A stretch of DNA of 18,968 bases, from positions 1 to 18,968 of the forward strand of contig JBGSUI010000119.1 of assembly GCA_041736175.1 (NCBI GenBank), in the 5' to 3' direction. How positions within the stretch are numbered: the first letter of the stretch is position 1; every line of letters starts with the position of its first letter. The DNA is from Oligoflexales bacterium. GTDB taxonomy: Bacteria; Bdellovibrionota_B; Oligoflexia; Oligoflexales; CAIYRB01. Shown here one piece after another: positions 15,476-18,968 of this stretch. The notes beneath the pieces are model-generated. The model ran no database searches. It worked only from the letters and a program-made list of their open reading frames with translations, and was not told the DNA's origin. A program made the position numbers and the translations under genes.

Positions 15476-16519
15476 ATGATTTATTATCTAAAATCTCTCA
15501 TCACAATCCATACCATTCTCGCTATTTTTTGGTATACGGGCTGTCAAAGGTCTAGCAACACACCCCAGACTTGGTCCAATCTCACCGGAAGTATTTTAAG
15601 CAGACCCCCAATTGGCACTTATTTCAGGCCCCTTCGTATCATCTGTTACCAAGCTTCTAAAGTACGGGCCAACCCTGACGGAACCCTTACCCCCTTGCAA
15701 GATGGCGCGACATCCCTCCCCGAGGAGATTGATCTGGAGTTGGTGTGGCATCAAAACGACGTTTATTTCGCCTCAATTCGCAAACCTGATTTCGAAAACC
15801 CACTAGAACTCCCACAGATCATCAAGCCCGCTGGACTGCCATTTCAAAATTACTTATCGCCATTTTCCAAAAACTCCGTGACCTTTGAATCCCCTATTTC
15901 GGAAGGTGTTTTTGCTAACTTTCTGTTTACTTACATTCTCCAGTGGAGAGACGGATTACAGCGGGACTATAACGCAGAATTATTGTTCCGACATTGGGCT
16001 TCCACTCAACCTGGAAACCCGGACAAAGAGTACCTAAGTTGTCGTTTCGAAAGTCCTGTCACTTCTGAACCACCAAAAATCAATGAAAAGCTGAGGATCG
16101 AAGGGCCCGTCTATGACGCCAAATTAAAGCGCTATGTCCAAGTCTCAACCGAGCTTACGGTAGACGTCATCCAGGAATCCAAAGGGCAGCTCCTTTTATC
16201 TTCCTTGTCTGGTAACCTCTCCCAAACAACTGTCCCGGTCAATGCCCCTGTGTATAATGCAGAACGAGAAATCGTAGGCTATGTTAAGAGCTTTAAAAAG
16301 GGCTCCCTCTTAGGGGTCCAAGTGTTAAGCGTCCACGACAAGGGTTTGGCCGCTAAATTGAAAGCACACCTAGGACTCGAACATTGGTCACCAGCTCCCG
16401 CGGTAATGCCTGCGGTGAGCCAGAGATTTCAAGAATTGGTTTGTAAGTGTGGTGCTTATTTAAAGTCAAAACAGGATGAAGATTTGCGACGTGCCTGCAA
16501 ACGACCTAAAAATTCTTAA
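15476..16519 (+). CDS. Hypothetical protein, probable lipoprotein
   Basis: 347-aa ORF with a hydrophobic N-terminus ending YTGC and a polar linker. No family recognised. Confidence 0.7.
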   Translation: MIYYLKSLITIHTILAIFWYTGCQRSSNTPQTWSNLTGSILSRPPIGTYFRPLRIICYQASKVRANPDGTLTPLQDGATSLPEEIDLELVWHQNDVYFASIRKPDFENPLELPQIIKPAGLPFQNYLSPFSKNSVTFESPISEGVFANFLFTYILQWRDGLQRDYNAELLFRHWASTQPGNPDKEYLSCRFESPVTSEPPKINEKLRIEGPVYDAKLKRYVQVSTELTVDVIQESKGQLLLSSLSGNLSQTTVPVNAPVYNAEREIVGYVKSFKKGSLLGVQVLSVHDKGLAAKLKAHLGLEHWSPAPAVMPAVSQRFQELVCKCGAYLKSKQDEDLRRACKRPKNS

Positions 16520-16625
16520 GGCACGATTCCCATGCCAATGTATCAAAATCTGATTTTGGCCTCTCATACCCATTTTTAAATGTACTACATAACTTATTGT
16601 TTAAAAAGATCTTTAGTGATCGCCT

Positions 16626-16651
16626 TCAAGATTTTCCTCATGAGTCCGAGG
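16626..16651 (+). promoter_or_regulatory. sigma28 (FliA)-like promoter motif upstream of the fibre gene
   Basis: TCAAG-N14-TCCGAGG. An IHF-like TAACTTATTGTTT lies at 16590-16602. Confidence 0.45.
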
Positions 16652-16687
16652 TTGATGGAAATATCTAGTAGAACAAGGGAGGCGTCT

Positions 16688-18853
16688 ATGGGTAAGAAAT
16701 TGAAACAACCAAAAAAAGCTCTTCAACCTTGGTGGCTGTATTCCGCTGTTACACTCTCGTGCATCGCCGGGTTGATAACAACCTCCACGCCAATACTTGG
16801 AGCTTCACCCTATACTTTTAGTTACGGCGGCAGACTCACCTTGCCAAGCGGCGAAGCCCTCAAAGGCCCGATCGACTTGGAAATCAAGTTTTACCGCACT
16901 GCATCCGGCGGCACCCCGCTGCCAGTGAGTCCCGTGGTTAAGTCCAAAGTGAATTTGGTGGATGGAGTCTTTCAGGTAGACCTTTCAGAACTAGCCGCAG
17001 CGGAGTCTAGCCTGGTTTTCTCGCCTACCTTTGAAACCTGGGTCGAGGTCCAAGATGTGACCAACCGCACCAGCTACCCTCGCCAGCGCCTCACCGCCGT
17101 CCCATACGCCTTTAAGGTCCCCGTGGACCAGACGACCGTCAACTTTGACGGGGACGGACGTTTGACCGTAGGCACCATCGAGATTTCCAAGGTCAACGGC
17201 CTCGAAGCAGCCCTATCACAAAAAGCCAGCGCCTCCAGCGCGGTCACAATAGCAAACGTCACCGGTCTTACAGATGCTCTAAACAGCAAATTAACCAGCA
17301 ATGGGAGCGTCGGTGGCGATGTTTCAGGCTCTCTCACAAACATGTCAGTCACAAAGCTTAACGGTTTGCCGCTGCCCTCAGCGAACACAGCAAATACGTT
17401 CCTAAAATATTCTGGATCGGGACTGGAGTGGAGTACCGTCGGCGGAGGCATCGGGGATATGCTGAACTCTCAAAATCTCGCTGATCTCACCGACAAAAGC
17501 GCCGCACGCACCAATTTAGGCCTGACTTCCTTTGCCACAAAAACCACTGTAGATTCCGTCGACATCACTGATAGGACGATTGCCGACATCGATATCAACC
17601 CCTCAGCTGCTATCGCTCAGTCCAAAATCGCTGGCCTCACTACCGACCTTGCGGGGAAACAGGCAGCCATCACTACCTCCTCCATGATACAAGGCGGAAC
17701 GTTTAAGACAGCAAATCAAATAGGCCTCCAACTCAAACCCTATAGCACAGGAGCAGGCCAAACGGGGGAAATCCGTTTTAACGAACTTGCCGCCACTGGA
17801 ACCAACTTTGTAGGCTTTAAGGCTCCTGATACCCTTGCTGGTGACCAGATTTGGACGCTGCCTGCTGCCGACGGCACCATCGGCCAGATCCTCAAAACCG
17901 ACGGCGACGGCAATCTTAGCTGGGTGAGTGCTGGCGGCACGGGATCAGTCACTAGCGTGGGCCTCACGGCTCCGTCCGAAGGGATCACGATTAGTGGTGG
18001 CCCTGTCACAAGTTCGGGCTCAATAACCCTCGGTCTCGCCAACGACCTAGCTGCCGTGGAAGCTCTAACGACCACCGGTGGTGTCGAGCGCACCGGGGCC
18101 AATACCTGGAGTACTTATACCCTTACGGCTGCTGGTAAAGCTTTGATCGCCGATGCGGATATTACTGCGCAACGCACAACCCTTGGTTTAGGCGGCTTGT
18201 CCACTCGCAATGCTGTGGGTAGCGCGGAGATTACCAGTGGTTCCATCACCGATGCGCATATCAACTCTGGTGCAACCATCTCAACGCTCAAGCTCTCGGG
18301 TGCAGTGACTTCTATCAGCGGCCACGGTCTTGGATCCCTGGCCACTCTGAGTAGCGTGGGCAGCAATGACATCACCGACGGCTCCATCACGAATATTGAT
18401 ATCGACTCTGGTGCGGCCATCGCCGATGATAAACTATCAACGATTTATACAGCAGGAAAAGTTGTTGGCGATGCCATCATCTCGGGGACCATCGGTGGTA
18501 GCACAGCGATCAATAGTTCGGGCTATATCGCCACGTCCGGCAATTTCAAAGTGAAGGGTACTGGTTCCTCATCCACTGAACTTCGCTTTTACAGCGGTGA
18601 CAACACCAAATCCTTAGGTCTCAAAGCTCCTAACTCATTGGCCACCAACTTAACTTGGACCTTACCCAGCGTTGTTGGCGGTGCTGGCCAAATCCTCGCA
18701 ACAGACGGGAGCGGCATATTGGCCTGGTCTAATTTACCGCCCCCAGGTACAGGCACTGGTGGTGGGGCTGCGCCTAACCCTAGCTCGGGGTGTCCTTCGG
18801 GCTATATCGCGGTCCCCGGTGATGCGGACTATAGTCTTTACCATTTGACTTGA
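16688..18853 (+). CDS. Secreted phage-tail-fibre-like mosaic adhesin, probably C-terminally truncated (start corrected to ATG 16688)
   Basis: GGAGG RBS at 16678-16682; signal peptide. N-terminal YGGRL...G....GP....IKFY....GG ... PRQRLTAVPYAF module. Fibre motifs I..V.GL..AL..K and NLADLTDKSAARTNLGL; G/T/S-rich internal repeats. Ends shortly after CPSGYIAVPGDADY. Confidence 0.8.
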   Translation: MGKKLKQPKKALQPWWLYSAVTLSCIAGLITTSTPILGASPYTFSYGGRLTLPSGEALKGPIDLEIKFYRTASGGTPLPVSPVVKSKVNLVDGVFQVDLSELAAAESSLVFSPTFETWVEVQDVTNRTSYPRQRLTAVPYAFKVPVDQTTVNFDGDGRLTVGTIEISKVNGLEAALSQKASASSAVTIANVTGLTDALNSKLTSNGSVGGDVSGSLTNMSVTKLNGLPLPSANTANTFLKYSGSGLEWSTVGGGIGDMLNSQNLADLTDKSAARTNLGLTSFATKTTVDSVDITDRTIADIDINPSAAIAQSKIAGLTTDLAGKQAAITTSSMIQGGTFKTANQIGLQLKPYSTGAGQTGEIRFNELAATGTNFVGFKAPDTLAGDQIWTLPAADGTIGQILKTDGDGNLSWVSAGGTGSVTSVGLTAPSEGITISGGPVTSSGSITLGLANDLAAVEALTTTGGVERTGANTWSTYTLTAAGKALIADADITAQRTTLGLGGLSTRNAVGSAEITSGSITDAHINSGATISTLKLSGAVTSISGHGLGSLATLSSVGSNDITDGSITNIDIDSGAAIADDKLSTIYTAGKVVGDAIISGTIGGSTAINSSGYIATSGNFKVKGTGSSSTELRFYSGDNTKSLGLKAPNSLATNLTWTLPSVVGGAGQILATDGSGILAWSNLPPPGTGTGGGAAPNPSSGCPSGYIAVPGDADYSLYHLT
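17549..18436 (+). repeat. Three copies of a ~27-aa V.S..IT..(S/T)I....I...A.I...K unit (17549-17629, 18215-18295, 18356-18436)
   Basis: VDSVDITDRTIADIDINPSAAIAQSKI / VGSAEITSGSITDAHINSGATISTLKL / VGSNDITDGSITNIDIDSGAAIADDKL, each preceded by GL..(L/F)(A/S)T. Confidence 0.8.
17768..18727 (+). repeat. Two copies of a ~50-aa E.RF...G.KAP..LA....WTLP...G..GQIL.TDG.G.L.W module (17768-17923, 18578-18727)
   Basis: EIRFNELAATGTNFVGFKAPDTLAGDQIWTLPAADGTIGQILKTDGDGNLSW versus ELRFYSGDNTKSLGLKAPNSLATNLTWTLPSVVGGAGQILATDGSGILAW. Confidence 0.85.
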
Positions 18854-18968
18854 TATCAAAATAAATTATCAACTATAATTTGTCAGGCCTGTAAAAAATG
18901 AGTTTTTAGTCATTATTATCAATGTCTTCAGTTTCAAATTCGTCTAACTCTTGACATTCTTCAAGCTT
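18832..18968. mobile_element. Possible end of an inserted element (IS630/ISY100-like terminus) interrupting the fibre gene
   Basis: TA at 18830-18831 followed by TAGTCTTTACCATT, resembling the TA|TAGTC start of ISY100-type inverted repeats (recalled, not searched). GC drops from about 65% (18721-18830) to about 28% (18832-18968) at this point. No transposase or second end is visible. Confidence 0.4.
18906..18968 (-). CDS. Possible 3' end of a gene entering from the right edge
   Basis: Open minus frame KLEECQELDEFETEDIDNND* ending with TAA at 18908-18906. Too short to identify. Confidence 0.35.
   Translation of the reverse strand, partial: KLEECQELDEFETEDIDNND

Noticed and set aside
16519..16560. 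AGGCACG...ATGC as a sigma54 site, and short inverted repeats as a terminator
   Set aside because: GG-to-GC spacing is 12 rather than 10; the stems are short with no U-tract.
17074..18420. Three minus-strand ORFs of 101-125 aa
   Set aside because: Antisense shadows of the G/T/S-rich fibre gene.
1..18968. tRNA, rRNA, CRISPR array or DGR template/variable repeat pair
   Set aside because: No such structure seen. Intergenic spaces are short and the fibre repeats are diverged protein-level repeats.

Overview
Bacterial chromosomal window; the protein families suggest Bdellovibrionota/Oligoflexia (inference). The left part is housekeeping: trmFO, tpiA, pgk and a divergent gshB-like ATP-grasp ligase, plus a small atypical receiver-domain gene behind a sigma54-type promoter. 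The middle part is the most interesting. It is a tightly packed four-gene operon: beta-helix-type surface lipoprotein, TonB-dependent receptor, YfiR-family periplasmic protein, and a membrane kinase joining a YfiN-like periplasmic sensor/HAMP/PAS to a CheA-type Hpt+HATPase with no CheW domain. Next to it are a triple-PAS histidine kinase, a CheX-like phosphatase and a CheY. Together these look like a trans-envelope chemosensory-type circuit that uses no chemoreceptor. The right part holds an orphan lipoprotein with a strong sigma54 motif and a phage-tail-fibre-like mosaic adhesin. The adhesin stops abruptly at the start of a probable C-terminal FGE/C-type-lectin-fold domain, where an AT-rich segment resembling an IS630-family end begins. 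No rRNA, tRNA or CRISPR was seen.
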